A DNA stretch of 64,000 nucleotides. It comes from Phenylobacterium sp. GTDB lineage: Bacteria > Pseudomonadota > Alphaproteobacteria > Caulobacterales > Caulobacteraceae. The notes under the pieces are model-generated. The model had not been told where the DNA came from, did no database searches, and saw only the letters and a list, made by a program, of their open reading frames with translations. The first letter of the stretch is position 1. The number at the start of each line of letters is the position of its first letter. A program made the position numbers and the translations under genes. Location: the NCBI RefSeq assembly GCF_004297125.1, contig NZ_SCVD01000011.1:1286-65285 (forward strand). The letters run 5' to 3'. Positions 27,790-37,635 of the stretch are shown piece by piece.

Positions 27790-28092
27790 TCAGGTCCCCG
27801 CCAGGGGGGAGTAGAGGCTTCGCGCCTCGTCGGCCGGCCCGCGCCGGTCACCCATGGCCTCGACAGTCACCGCGACCAGCCGCCCGCCCAGGGCGAAGAC
27901 CAGCCGATCGCCGACCTTGATGGGCCGGGCGGGCTTGTCCAGGCGGTGCTCCTCCTGGCCGGCGCGGGTGAGGCGAACTCGACCTTCCTCCACGAATTTC
28001 GCGGCCATCGACCGGGTCTTGAAGAAGCGCGCCCGCCAGAGCCAGACGTCGGCGCGGCAGGCCGCCACCTCGTTAGGACGACCCTCGATCAC
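27790..28092 (-). CDS. S4-domain RNA-binding protein (Hsp15-like)
   Basis: RADVWLWRARFFKTRSMA, KPARPIKVGD; GTG start overlapping the helicase stop. Confidence 0.9.
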   Translation of the reverse strand: MIEGRPNEVAACRADVWLWRARFFKTRSMAAKFVEEGRVRLTRAGQEEHRLDKPARPIKVGDRLVFALGGRLVAVTVEAMGDRRGPADEARSLYSPLAGT

Positions 28093-30629
28093 GCGCCCGA
28101 GGCCTTCTTCCTCCGGCGGCGGGGGCGGCGGGCCGGGGCGGGCTTGTCCTTCAGGGCGGCCAGGGCGGCGAAGGGCGAGTGCGGGCGCGGCGGGGCGGCG
28201 CGCTCCGGCTTGCGCTCGGCGCGGCGGCGCCAGGCGATGGGCTCGCCGGCCTTCGGGCGGTTCACGGGGGCGAAGCCCACAGCGCGCAGGATCGTCTGGC
28301 TGTCGTGGGCGCTCCAGCCCAGCGCCTCGCGCGCCGCGTCGGACAGGACCACCCCGCCGTTCTGGATCGGCGCCGCGCGCAGCAACTCGTCCAACCGCTC
28401 CAACTGCTCGACGGGCACGCCCAGGCCGTGGACCGCCCGCAGGCCATTGGCCGCGAGCGCGCGCGGCGAGGGCGGCGGGTCGGGCAGGGCAGCGACGCCG
28501 GCCACGGGCCTCCAACCGCTCGCCTCGCGCTGCACCATGGCCTGGGCGAGCGCCCGGGCCTCAGGCCGCAGGAGCGCGGGCATGTAGAGCGAGAAAGCCC
28601 CGATGCGGACGCCCAGGCCGCGCAGCATCCGCCGCTCCACCTGGCTGAGCGCGCGGGCGTCGGCCTGGACCTCGGCGCGGTCCAGCACCCCGCCGGCTTC
28701 GATGAGCCGGTAGGCCAGGCCACGCGCCAGGCCGCGGATCTTGCCGTCCGCCACCGCGGCCTCGAGCCTGCGCAGGGCGGCCAGCCGGCGACCGGCCTCG
28801 GCCGCCACGAAAGCCTCCAGCCGCTGCGCCGCCCGCTGGCGCGCCGCGTCGTGGCCCAGCTCGCCCAGCAGCCGCACCCGCGGCTGGAACGGCTGGCCGC
28901 CGGTGATCACGCCGACCAGGACGCCGTCCCAGAGCAGGGCGCCGTCCTCGCCAAGTGCGAAGGCCTCGTCGGGGGCGGCGGCGAGCTGCCCCAGACGCCG
29001 GCCGATCTCCGGGCCCACCGCATGCTGGGCGGCGGCCCGCAACGCCTTCTCCTCCAGCACCGTCCCGCCCTGCGCGGGCTCGAACGCCACGCCGGACAGC
29101 CGGCCGACGTAGTGGCCCTCGACAGTGACGCTGCCGTCCGCCGCCACGCCCGCCAGCATCTCCTCGCGGACCCTGAGGCCGCGCATCAGGGCGCTGGTCC
29201 GCCGGTCCACGAACCGGGCCATCAGCTTCTCGTGCAGGGTGTCGGAGAGGCGATCCTCCAGCGCGCGGGTCTGCTGGCGCCACGCCCCGGGATCGGCCAG
29301 CCAGTCGGGCCGGTTGGCCACGTAGGCCAGGGTGCGGACGCTGGCCAGCCGCGCCGCCAGGGTGTCGATCTCGCCGTCGGTGAGGTTGAGCTGTTCGTAC
29401 TGCCGCGCGATCCAGTCGTCGCCGATCCGCCGCCGCCGCTCGGTCAGCGCCAGGAAGAAGGCCTTCACCAGGCCCACGTGCTCCTCGCGGGGGGCCTTGC
29501 GGAAGTCGGGGGTCTGGCAGACGTCCCACAGGCGCTGCAGGTTGGTCTTGTCCCGGGTTCGGGTCTGCACGACCTCGTCCTCGGCCAGCGACTTCAGCGT
29601 GGTCTCGTCCAGCGCCTCGGTGGCCAGCTTCAGTCCTTCGCGCTCGGGAAGCTTCGCCAAGCTCTTCAGCAACGCGGGCAGCGAGCCGAAGTCCAGCTTG
29701 GCGTTCCGCCACTCCGCCCCGGCCACCGGCTCGAAGCTGTGGTGCTCCACGGCCTCGACCAGGTCGGGGTCCATGTCCTCGGCCTCGCCGGTGACGCCGA
29801 AGGTCCCGTTCGTCTGGTAGCGGCCGGCCCGCCCGGCGATCTGGCCGATCTCCTGCGGGTGCAGGAACCGCGTCCGCTTGCCGTCGAACTTGCGCAAGCC
29901 GGCGAAGGCCACGTGGTCGACGTCCATGTTCAGGCCCATGCCTATGGCGTCGGTGGCCACCAGGAAGTCCACCTCGCCCGACTGGTAGAGCGCCACCTGG
30001 GCGTTGCGGGTGCGGGGGCTGAGGCTGCCCATCACCACGGCCGCGCCGCCGCGCTGGCGGCGGATCAGCTCGGCGATGGCGTAGACCTGCTCGGCGCTGA
30101 AGGCCACGACCGCCGAGCGACGGGGCAGGCGGGTCAGCTTCTTCGGGCCGGCGTAGGTCAGGTCCGAAAACCGCTCCCGCGTCACGATCTCGGCGTGCGG
30201 CAGCAGGCGGCGCACCAGCGGCGCCATGGTCCCGGCGCCCAGCAGCATGGTCTCGGCCTTGCCCCGCGCATGCAGCAGGCGGTGGGTGAAGACGTGGCCC
30301 CGCTCGGGGTCGGCGCAGAGCTGGATCTCGTCGACGGCCAGGAACTCCACCTCCACGGACAGCGGCATCGCCTCGACGGTGCAGACGTAATACTGCGGCC
30401 GGGGCGGGACGATCTTCTCCTCGCCGGTGATCAGCGCCACGCAGCGTGGGCCTCGCGCCTTGACGATCCGGTCATAGATCTCGCGGGCCAGCAGCCGCAG
30501 CGGCAGGCCGATCATGCCGGAGGCGTGCCCCAGCATGCGCTCCACCGCCAGGTGGGTCTTGCCGGTGTTCGTGGGACCCAGCACCGCCACCAACCGGGAC
30601 GGGGCCGCGCCCGAAGGGCGGTCGCTCAT
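28089..30629 (-). CDS. Suv3/MgpS-like SF2 helicase
   Basis: GPTNTGKT, DEIQ, VATDAIGMGLN, QIAGRAGR. Confidence 0.92.
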   Translation of the reverse strand: MSDRPSGAAPSRLVAVLGPTNTGKTHLAVERMLGHASGMIGLPLRLLAREIYDRIVKARGPRCVALITGEEKIVPPRPQYYVCTVEAMPLSVEVEFLAVDEIQLCADPERGHVFTHRLLHARGKAETMLLGAGTMAPLVRRLLPHAEIVTRERFSDLTYAGPKKLTRLPRRSAVVAFSAEQVYAIAELIRRQRGGAAVVMGSLSPRTRNAQVALYQSGEVDFLVATDAIGMGLNMDVDHVAFAGLRKFDGKRTRFLHPQEIGQIAGRAGRYQTNGTFGVTGEAEDMDPDLVEAVEHHSFEPVAGAEWRNAKLDFGSLPALLKSLAKLPEREGLKLATEALDETTLKSLAEDEVVQTRTRDKTNLQRLWDVCQTPDFRKAPREEHVGLVKAFFLALTERRRRIGDDWIARQYEQLNLTDGEIDTLAARLASVRTLAYVANRPDWLADPGAWRQQTRALEDRLSDTLHEKLMARFVDRRTSALMRGLRVREEMLAGVAADGSVTVEGHYVGRLSGVAFEPAQGGTVLEEKALRAAAQHAVGPEIGRRLGQLAAAPDEAFALGEDGALLWDGVLVGVITGGQPFQPRVRLLGELGHDAARQRAAQRLEAFVAAEAGRRLAALRRLEAAVADGKIRGLARGLAYRLIEAGGVLDRAEVQADARALSQVERRMLRGLGVRIGAFSLYMPALLRPEARALAQAMVQREASGWRPVAGVAALPDPPPSPRALAANGLRAVHGLGVPVEQLERLDELLRAAPIQNGGVVLSDAAREALGWSAHDSQTILRAVGFAPVNRPKAGEPIAWRRRAERKPERAAPPRPHSPFAALAALKDKPAPARRPRRRRKKASGA

Positions 30630-30776
30630 GAAACCAAGGTGGGATGGCGAAGGGAGTCGGGCAAGCGTCGCGGTCCAGGGGTTTCGGGACAAACGCCGTT
30701 CGACGCTTAAAGTTTGCGCAGTTGCGGACCGTCGCTAGGGTCGCGCCCAATTGCAGTCCTTCGGGGATTCCCAAAC

Positions 30777-32603
30777 ATGACCACCCGCCGCCATCTGCTC
30801 CTCACCGGGGCCGCCCTCGGCCTGGCCGCCTCGCCGCTCGCCGCGCTCGCGGCCGAGGGTGAGGGCGTCACCGACACCCGCCTGGCCAAGCTGCTGGACG
30901 CGTTCGTCGAGGAGATCCTGGCCGACAGCCCGCAGACGGCCAGCAGCATCGGCAAGGACAAGGGCCCGCGCGCCGCGTTGAAGCGCCGCCTCGACGACGT
31001 TTCCGCGGCCGGCCGCACGAAGCAGATCGTCGGCTATGCCGACCGGGCCAAGCGCCTGCGCGCCATCCCGCGCGCCAGCCTGTCGGGCCGCGACCTCACC
31101 ACCTACGACACCGTGCTCTACGCCATGGACGTGGGCGCCGAGGGCGGCAAGTTCGCCTACGGCAAGGACTATGCGAACCCCTACGTCGTCAGCCAGCAGG
31201 ACGGCACGGTGGTCAACACCGGCGAGTTCCTGAACGCCCAGCACCTGATCGAGACCAAGGACGACGCCGAGGCCTACCTGGCCCGCCTCGAACAGTATGG
31301 CCCGGCCCTCGACCAGGAGAGCGACCGGGTGAAGGAGGCGGCCGGCAAGGGCGTGATCCTGCCCGACTTCCTGCTGGCCACCGCCCTGCAGCAGGGCCAG
31401 GAGGCGCGCGCCATGGACGCCGGCGCCACGCGGCTGGTGGGTTCGCTGGTCGAGCGGACCAAGGCCAAGGGGATCGACGGCGACTGGCAGGCCCGCGCCA
31501 CGGCCATCGTCGCCCAGAAGGTGTTCCCGGCCCTGGAGCGGCAGATCGCGCTCCTGAAATCCCAGCAGACCCGCGCCACCCACGACGCCGGCGTCTGGAA
31601 GTTCTCCGACGGCGCCGACTATTACCGCTGGGGCCTGAAGTACAACACCACCACCGACCGCACCCCGGCCGAGATCCACAAGACCGGCCTGGACCAGGGC
31701 GCCGAGATCGACGCCCAGATGGACGCCATCCTGAAGGGCCAGGGCTACACGCAAGGGACGGTCGGCGAGCGGATGGGCGCGCTGACCAAGGATCCCAAGT
31801 TCCTGTTCCCCAACACCGAGGCCGGCAAGCGTGAGGTGCTGGCCTATATCGAGGGCCGCATTGCCGCGATCCGGCCGTTCATCCCGAAGTTCTCCAAGCT
31901 GGGCCTGAAGGCGCCGGTGGAGGTCCGCGCCGTGCCCAAGGAGATCGAATCCGGCGCCGGGCTCGGCTACATGAACTTCGCCGCCCTCGATGGGTCGCGG
32001 CCGGCGATCTACTACGTGAACCTCAAGGACACGGGGAACTGGCCGAAATACACCCTGGCCAGTCTCTCGATGCACGAGGCGCTGCCCGGCCATGCCTGGC
32101 AGGGCGCCTACCTCGCCGAACGCCCGGCCGAGATCCACACCATCGCCTCGCTGATGAACTTCGGCGCGTTCACCGAGGGCTGGGCGCTCTACGCCGAGCA
32201 GCTCGCGGACGAGGTTGGCCTCTACGCCGACGATCCGATGGGCCGGCTGGGCTACTTCCAGGCCCTGCGGTTCCGCGCCGCCCGCCTGGTGGTCGACACC
32301 GGGCTGCATGACAAGCGCTGGACCCGCGAGCACGCCATCGAATGGATGGTGGGCGCCACCGGCCGCTCGGTGGGCGCGATCACCAGCGAGGTCGACCGCT
32401 ACTGCGCCAGCCCCGGCCAGGCCTGCGCCTACAAGACCGGGCACAACGAGATCGTCCGGCTGCGCGCCAAGGCCAAGGCGGCGCTCGGCGACCGCTTCGA
32501 CCTGCGCGACTACGACGACGCCGTCGTCACCACCGGCGGCTGCCCGCTCGCCGTGCTGGAGGGGGTGATCGACCGCTACATCGCGGGAACCAGGAAGGCC
32601 TAG
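30777..32603 (+). CDS. DUF885 family protein, probable Tat substrate
   Basis: TRRHLL signal; HEALPGH, FTEGWALYAE, GQACAYKTG. Confidence 0.9.
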   Translation: MTTRRHLLLTGAALGLAASPLAALAAEGEGVTDTRLAKLLDAFVEEILADSPQTASSIGKDKGPRAALKRRLDDVSAAGRTKQIVGYADRAKRLRAIPRASLSGRDLTTYDTVLYAMDVGAEGGKFAYGKDYANPYVVSQQDGTVVNTGEFLNAQHLIETKDDAEAYLARLEQYGPALDQESDRVKEAAGKGVILPDFLLATALQQGQEARAMDAGATRLVGSLVERTKAKGIDGDWQARATAIVAQKVFPALERQIALLKSQQTRATHDAGVWKFSDGADYYRWGLKYNTTTDRTPAEIHKTGLDQGAEIDAQMDAILKGQGYTQGTVGERMGALTKDPKFLFPNTEAGKREVLAYIEGRIAAIRPFIPKFSKLGLKAPVEVRAVPKEIESGAGLGYMNFAALDGSRPAIYYVNLKDTGNWPKYTLASLSMHEALPGHAWQGAYLAERPAEIHTIASLMNFGAFTEGWALYAEQLADEVGLYADDPMGRLGYFQALRFRAARLVVDTGLHDKRWTREHAIEWMVGATGRSVGAITSEVDRYCASPGQACAYKTGHNEIVRLRAKAKAALGDRFDLRDYDDAVVTTGGCPLAVLEGVIDRYIAGTRKA

Positions 32604-33361
32604 CCGTAGGCTCGCCAGAAGAAGATCGCCGTGGCGCCCACGGCGATCACGACGACCAGGGTGCGCAGGACGACCGCGGGCAGCCGCCGGCCGACCTGCG
32701 CGCCCAGGTAGCCGCCCGCCACCGCGCCGGCCATGACCGCCAGGGCCGCGGGCCAGCTGACGTTGCCGCTCACGATGAACACCAGCACGGCCACCGCATT
32801 GGCCGCGGCCAGCATCAGGGTGCGCAGGGGCGTCAGCGCCGCGATGTCGGCCTCGGTGAGCAGGCTCCAGGCGGCCAGCATCATCAGCCCGACGGCCCCG
32901 CCGAAGTAGCCGCCGTAGATCCCTAAGAAGAACTGCGCGCCCAGCACGACCGGCGGACCGGCCTTGAGGCCCACCCGCGCCAGCGCCCGGGCCAGCCTGG
33001 GCCCCGCCGCCAGGGTCACCGTGGCGATCAGCAGCAGCCAGGGGATGATCAGGTCGAACGCCGCCTCGGTGGTCGCGAGCAGCAGGACTGCGCCCACCGC
33101 GCCGCCGGCCAGGCTCAGCAGGCCCATGGCGCGGATCGACACTCCCTCGACCGGCTGCATGTCGCGCCGGTAGGCCCAGGCGCTGGCCATGGCCCCGGGC
33201 AGCAGCGCCACGGAACTCGAGGCATTGGCCACCGTCCCCGGCAGCCCGATCGCCGTCAGCGCCGGCAACGACACGAACGTTCCGCCGCCGACCACGGCGT
33301 TCATCGCGCCGGCCAGTAGCCCCGCGCCCAGGAGGAGGATCAGGTCGTGTGCGGCGATCAC
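32600..33361 (-). CDS. TauE/SafE family membrane protein
   Basis: NAVVGGGTFVSLP, YGGYFGGAVG. Confidence 0.88.
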   Translation of the reverse strand: MIAAHDLILLLGAGLLAGAMNAVVGGGTFVSLPALTAIGLPGTVANASSSVALLPGAMASAWAYRRDMQPVEGVSIRAMGLLSLAGGAVGAVLLLATTEAAFDLIIPWLLLIATVTLAAGPRLARALARVGLKAGPPVVLGAQFFLGIYGGYFGGAVGLMMLAAWSLLTEADIAALTPLRTLMLAAANAVAVLVFIVSGNVSWPAALAVMAGAVAGGYLGAQVGRRLPAVVLRTLVVVIAVGATAIFFWRAYG

Positions 33362-33411
33362 GGCCCATCCTTACCGGCCCGCCCGCCGACCACGCTACGG
33401 CCGCGGCCGAA

Positions 33412-33819
33412 CTATCGCCGTGTGGGCTCCAGCCGGAAGCCCAGCGGCAGCAGGGCCTCGATGGTGTGGCGCTCGGTCCTGCCGTCCGCGCCGACGCTGA
33501 CCACCTCGCAGCCGGCCTCGGCGAATTCCCAGATCTTCTGCCGACAGCCGCCGCAGGGCCAGATGAGGCCCGGCAGGGACGAGGCCACCCAGACCCGCCT
33601 TAGGGCCTTTTGGCCGTGCGTCACCGCCGCGGAGATGGCGCTGGCCTCGGCGCAGACCCCCTGCGGATAGGCGGCGTTCTCGACGTTGACGCCATAGTGG
33701 ATCGCCCCGTCCGCGGATTCCACGGCCGCCGCGACATGCACGCCGGAGTAGGGGGCGTGGCTGTTGGCGAGCAGGCGCGCGAGTTCTGCGGCTATGGCCG
33801 GAGGGGCGGGGGCGTTCAT
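33412..33819 (-). CDS. cdd: Cytidine deaminase
   Basis: APYS, GVNVENAAY, CAE and PCGGCRQ zinc motifs. Confidence 0.92.
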   Translation of the reverse strand: MNAPAPPAIAAELARLLANSHAPYSGVHVAAAVESADGAIHYGVNVENAAYPQGVCAEASAISAAVTHGQKALRRVWVASSLPGLIWPCGGCRQKIWEFAEAGCEVVSVGADGRTERHTIEALLPLGFRLEPTRR

Positions 33820-34030
33820 GTGCGGCGGAAGTGTCCCGAGGCGCTGAAGGGACGGAAAAGTCTAGGGCCGCGGACCGGCGGCGTCCATCGCGCCAGGTGG
33901 TCGCGATCGGGCGCGGCCTGCGCAACGACCAGACACTGCTGGCCGGCATGATCTGCGCCGGCGCCCAAAGGCCGCCGTGTTCGCCGGGGATTGGGTAGCT
34001 TTCCACCCTCGTCCCGAATCGGAGGCCGGC

Positions 34031-34918
34031 ATGCGCGCCCTGCTGATATCCGCCTTGTTGGCCGCCACGCCCTGCCTCGCCGTCGCCGCGCCGCTGCCGG
34101 CCGAGGTCGCCCGGATGATCGAGGCGGCGGCAGAGACGCCGGGCGCCCTTGGCACGGTGGCGGAGGTGGCGCGTCGCACCCATCCGGAGTCGCTGGCCGA
34201 GATCGACGCCCAGGTGGACGCCCTGACCTCGCGCGCCGAGGAGGAGCGGATCGCCCGGATCACGTCCCTGCGCTTCCGCGACGGCTGGAAGGGCGAGGGC
34301 CAGGCGGGCGGCTTCATCAGCACCGGCAACAGCGACGACGTCGGCGGCTCGGCCAGCCTGACCTTCGCCAAGGAGACGCTGCGCTGGCGTCACGAGATCA
34401 GGATGGCGGGCGACTACCAGCGCTCGAACGGCGCGGTCTCCAAGGAGCGGTACTTCGCGGGCTACGCCGGCCAGTGGAAACTGAGCGCGCGGACCTACGT
34501 CGCCACGTCCCTGACCGGCGAGCGCGACCGGTTCGCCGGCTTCCGCAGCCGGTTCACCGAGAGCGTCGGGGTCGGCTATCGCCTCATCGATCGTCCGGAC
34601 CTGCGGTTCGACGTCCAGGCCGGCCCGGCGCTGCGCCAGACGAACTACTACGACCTCGACGACGAGATCGCCTTCTCAGCCCGCCTGGGCGGCGACCTCT
34701 CGTGGACCATTCGGCCGGACCTGGTCTTCACCCAGAACACCACCCTGTTCCTGGACTCGGTGAGCTCGTCCCTGACCTCCAGCACGGCGCTGACCACCAA
34801 GCTGCGCGGCGACCTCTCGGCCCGGGCCTCGTTCGACATCCGGGTCGAGGCCGAGCCGCCCGTGGACCGGGAGCATACCGACACCACCACGCGGGCGACC
34901 CTGGTCTACAGCTTCTAG
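34031..34918 (+). CDS. DUF481 outer-membrane beta-barrel protein
   Basis: Signal peptide, GWKGEGQAG...TGNSD, C-terminal TLVYSF. Confidence 0.88.
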   Translation: MRALLISALLAATPCLAVAAPLPAEVARMIEAAAETPGALGTVAEVARRTHPESLAEIDAQVDALTSRAEEERIARITSLRFRDGWKGEGQAGGFISTGNSDDVGGSASLTFAKETLRWRHEIRMAGDYQRSNGAVSKERYFAGYAGQWKLSARTYVATSLTGERDRFAGFRSRFTESVGVGYRLIDRPDLRFDVQAGPALRQTNYYDLDDEIAFSARLGGDLSWTIRPDLVFTQNTTLFLDSVSSSLTSSTALTTKLRGDLSARASFDIRVEAEPPVDREHTDTTTRATLVYSF

Positions 34919-34930
34919 CCAGCGTCCGAT

Positions 34931-34945
34931 TGGCACAGCCTTTGC
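34931..34945 (+). promoter_or_regulatory. sigma54 (-24/-12) promoter
   Basis: TGGCAC-AGCCT-TTGC, exact consensus spacing, 27 bp upstream of the ATG at 34973. Confidence 0.8.
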
Positions 34946-34972
34946 GCAGCTTCCCGCAACAGGGAGTTGCGT

Positions 34973-35590
34973 ATGTCCATGGCCATCAGCGGGATCGGCA
35001 GTTCTTTCCCGGTCGATCGGGTAAAGCTTCACCATGAGGCAGATTCTACCCTGACCGACATTTCCGGCACGCTCACGTCCGCGCCGCCGGAGGCAGCTCA
35101 GCTGCAGATGGTCCCCCAGGGCGCCCTGGTGCGTATCGACGCGCAGCTCCTCGGCTCCCCGGAGATGTGGGGCGGCGAGGCCGCCGATCGGGCCAGCGCC
35201 ACCCGCGCCTATGGCCTCGCCAGCATGTCGGAGGTCGGCATGTTGACGCCGACGCCTCCGCCCGAGCCGATGCAGGAGGTCTCCGGGCTGGGCTTCATTT
35301 CCGGCGACGCGTTCACGAGCGGCGACGCCGATGCGCTGAAGGACTATGTCCGCGACCAGGTCGCCGACGCGCGCGACGCCGCACGCCGTGAGCGCGATCT
35401 GAGCGAGGAGCTGGGCGCCGAGGTGCGGCTGGCGTTCGACCCGAACCTTGGCCGGGAGGTGGCGCTGACCGCCGCCGATGAAGGTTTCGACGCCGTGCGG
35501 GGCGCCCGGGCGATGTTCGCCGGCATGCGTTCAGACCTGCAGAAGATGGGCCTGAACCCCGCCGACTTCCGCGACCTGCTGGCCGTCTAG
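34973..35590 (+). CDS. Hypothetical protein under sigma54 control
   Basis: AGGGAG RBS, GC3-biased codons; no recognised family. Confidence 0.75.
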   Translation: MSMAISGIGSSFPVDRVKLHHEADSTLTDISGTLTSAPPEAAQLQMVPQGALVRIDAQLLGSPEMWGGEAADRASATRAYGLASMSEVGMLTPTPPPEPMQEVSGLGFISGDAFTSGDADALKDYVRDQVADARDAARRERDLSEELGAEVRLAFDPNLGREVALTAADEGFDAVRGARAMFAGMRSDLQKMGLNPADFRDLLAV

Positions 35591-36721
35591 TTAGTCCAGC
35601 GTCCGCCGGTAGCGCGCCATGGCGAGCGCCGTCACCACCAGCACGAAGGCGGTGAGCGCCAGCAGTTCGCGCCACTGGTCGCCGAGGCCCTGGGATTTCA
35701 GCAGCGACCCGCGGACCACCCGCAGGAAGTGGGTCACGGGGATCACTTCCCCGATCCACTGCGCCCACGCCGGCATGCCGCGGAACGGGAACATGAACCC
35801 CGACAGCAGGATCGACGGCAGGATGTAGAAGAAGCTCATCTGCATCGCCGCGAGCTGCGAGCGGGCGACCGTCGAGATCAGGAAACCCAGCGCCAGCGAC
35901 CCGGTGATGAAGAGCGCGATGCCCAGCGACAGCCCTAGCCAGCCGCCGCCCATGGGCACGTGGAAGAGGACACGGGCCATCACCAGGATGATCGCCGTCT
36001 GCACCAGCCCCACCATGACGTAGGGCGCCAGCTTGCCGATCATCACCTCCAGCGGCTCGAGCGGCGTCGACAGCAAGGTCTCCATGGTCCCCCGCTCGGT
36101 TTCGCGGGTGACGCTGAGGGCGGTCATCATCACGAGCGTCAGGGACAGGATGATGCCCAGGAGGCCCGGCACGATGTTGTAGGCGGTGATGGCCTCGGGG
36201 TTGTAGCGGCGGTGGACCACGACCTCGAACGGCGCCGTCCCCATCCGCGGGGCCAGCGCCCCGGCCAGGTCGTGGGCCAGCGCCTGGTCGGGCAGGGCGG
36301 CGAGGGCCGCGACCGCGCCCCCGGTGGCGGAGGGGTCGGTGGCGTCCGCCTCCACCAGGATCTGCGCCTTGTCGCCCCGCGCCACGCGGCGGCTGAAGTC
36401 GCCGGGCACGGTCACCGCGAACTGCGCCTCGCCGTTCCTTATGAGCCGGTCCAGGTCGGCCGGGCTGCGCGCCTGGGCCACGAAGTCGAAATAGAGCGAG
36501 TTCTTCAGCGCCGCGGTGATCGAGCGCGCATAGCGGCTGTCCTCCTGCATCAGGACGGCGGTGGGCAGGTGGCGCGGCTCGGTGTTGATCGCGTAGCCGA
36601 ACAGGGTGAGCTGCACGATCGGGATCGCGAGCATCATGGCGTAGGTGATCCGGTCCCGCGTGAGCTGCTTGAACTCCTTCACCATCACGGCGAGCACGCG
36701 GAGGCCCGAGAGGCCGGTCAT
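35591..36721 (-). CDS. ABC-2 type transporter permease (YbhR/S-like)
   Basis: KEFKQLTRDR, YNPE, RETERGTMETLLSTP, LLSGFMFP. Confidence 0.92.
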   Translation of the reverse strand: MTGLSGLRVLAVMVKEFKQLTRDRITYAMMLAIPIVQLTLFGYAINTEPRHLPTAVLMQEDSRYARSITAALKNSLYFDFVAQARSPADLDRLIRNGEAQFAVTVPGDFSRRVARGDKAQILVEADATDPSATGGAVAALAALPDQALAHDLAGALAPRMGTAPFEVVVHRRYNPEAITAYNIVPGLLGIILSLTLVMMTALSVTRETERGTMETLLSTPLEPLEVMIGKLAPYVMVGLVQTAIILVMARVLFHVPMGGGWLGLSLGIALFITGSLALGFLISTVARSQLAAMQMSFFYILPSILLSGFMFPFRGMPAWAQWIGEVIPVTHFLRVVRGSLLKSQGLGDQWRELLALTAFVLVVTALAMARYRRTLD

Positions 36722-37635
36722 TGCACGTTGTCCTGGCTCTGGCCCATCAGCTGGATGAACACGTCCTCCAGGGTGGGCGCGACCTCGCTCCAACGGTACG
36801 GCGCGCGGCGATAGGGCTTCACCGCCGCCTCCAGCGCCCTCCGGTCCGTGCCGCTGACGTGGATCGCCGCGCCGAACGCCGCGGCCGTCTCCACGCCGGG
36901 CGCCGTCGACAGCTCGCGCGCCAGCTTGTCGGCGTCTGGTCCCTCGCCGTGGAAGGTGATCAGGCCCGACTGGTCGATCACCTCGGCCGCCGTGCCGCGG
37001 GCGATCAGGCGCCCGTAGCTGATGTACGCGATCTCATGGCACCGCTCGGCTTCGTCCATGTAGTGGGTGGAGACCAGCACGGTCAGGCCCTCGGCGGCGA
37101 GGGCGTGGATCTCGTCCCAGAAGGTGCGTCGCGCCTTGGGGTCGACGCCGGCGGTGGGCTCGTCCAGCAACAGCAGCTTCGGCTCGTGCAGGGTCGCCGC
37201 CGCCAGCGCTAGCCGCTGCTTCCAGCCGCCCGACAGCGTGCCGGCCAGCTGGCCCCGCCGCGTCGCCAGGCCCAGCCGCTCCAGCGCGTTGTCCACGCGC
37301 GCCTTGCGCCGGTCCAGGCCATAGACCCGGGCGGTGAACTGCAGGTTCTCGGCGATGGTCAGGTCCTCGTAGAGAGAGAACTTCTGGGTCATGTAGCCGG
37401 TGCGCCGCTTCACCTCGTCCGCTTGCGCGATGATGTCGAACCCAAGCGCCTCGCCCGATCCGGAATCCGGCGTCAGCAGGCCGCAGAGCATCCTAAGCGT
37501 GGTGGTCTTGCCCGACCCGTTCGGCCCTAGGAAGCCGCAGATGCGGCCCTGCTCCACCTGGATCGTCACGTCGTTGACCACGTGTTTGTCGCCGAAGCTC
37601 TTGTTCAGCCCGCGGACGTCGATGGCGAGCGTCAT
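36718..37635 (-). CDS. ABC transporter ATP-binding protein (YbhF-like)
   Basis: GPNGSGKT, LSGGWKQR, LLLDEPT. Confidence 0.93.
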   Translation of the reverse strand: MTLAIDVRGLNKSFGDKHVVNDVTIQVEQGRICGFLGPNGSGKTTTLRMLCGLLTPDSGSGEALGFDIIAQADEVKRRTGYMTQKFSLYEDLTIAENLQFTARVYGLDRRKARVDNALERLGLATRRGQLAGTLSGGWKQRLALAAATLHEPKLLLLDEPTAGVDPKARRTFWDEIHALAAEGLTVLVSTHYMDEAERCHEIAYISYGRLIARGTAAEVIDQSGLITFHGEGPDADKLARELSTAPGVETAAAFGAAIHVSGTDRRALEAAVKPYRRAPYRWSEVAPTLEDVFIQLMGQSQDNVQ

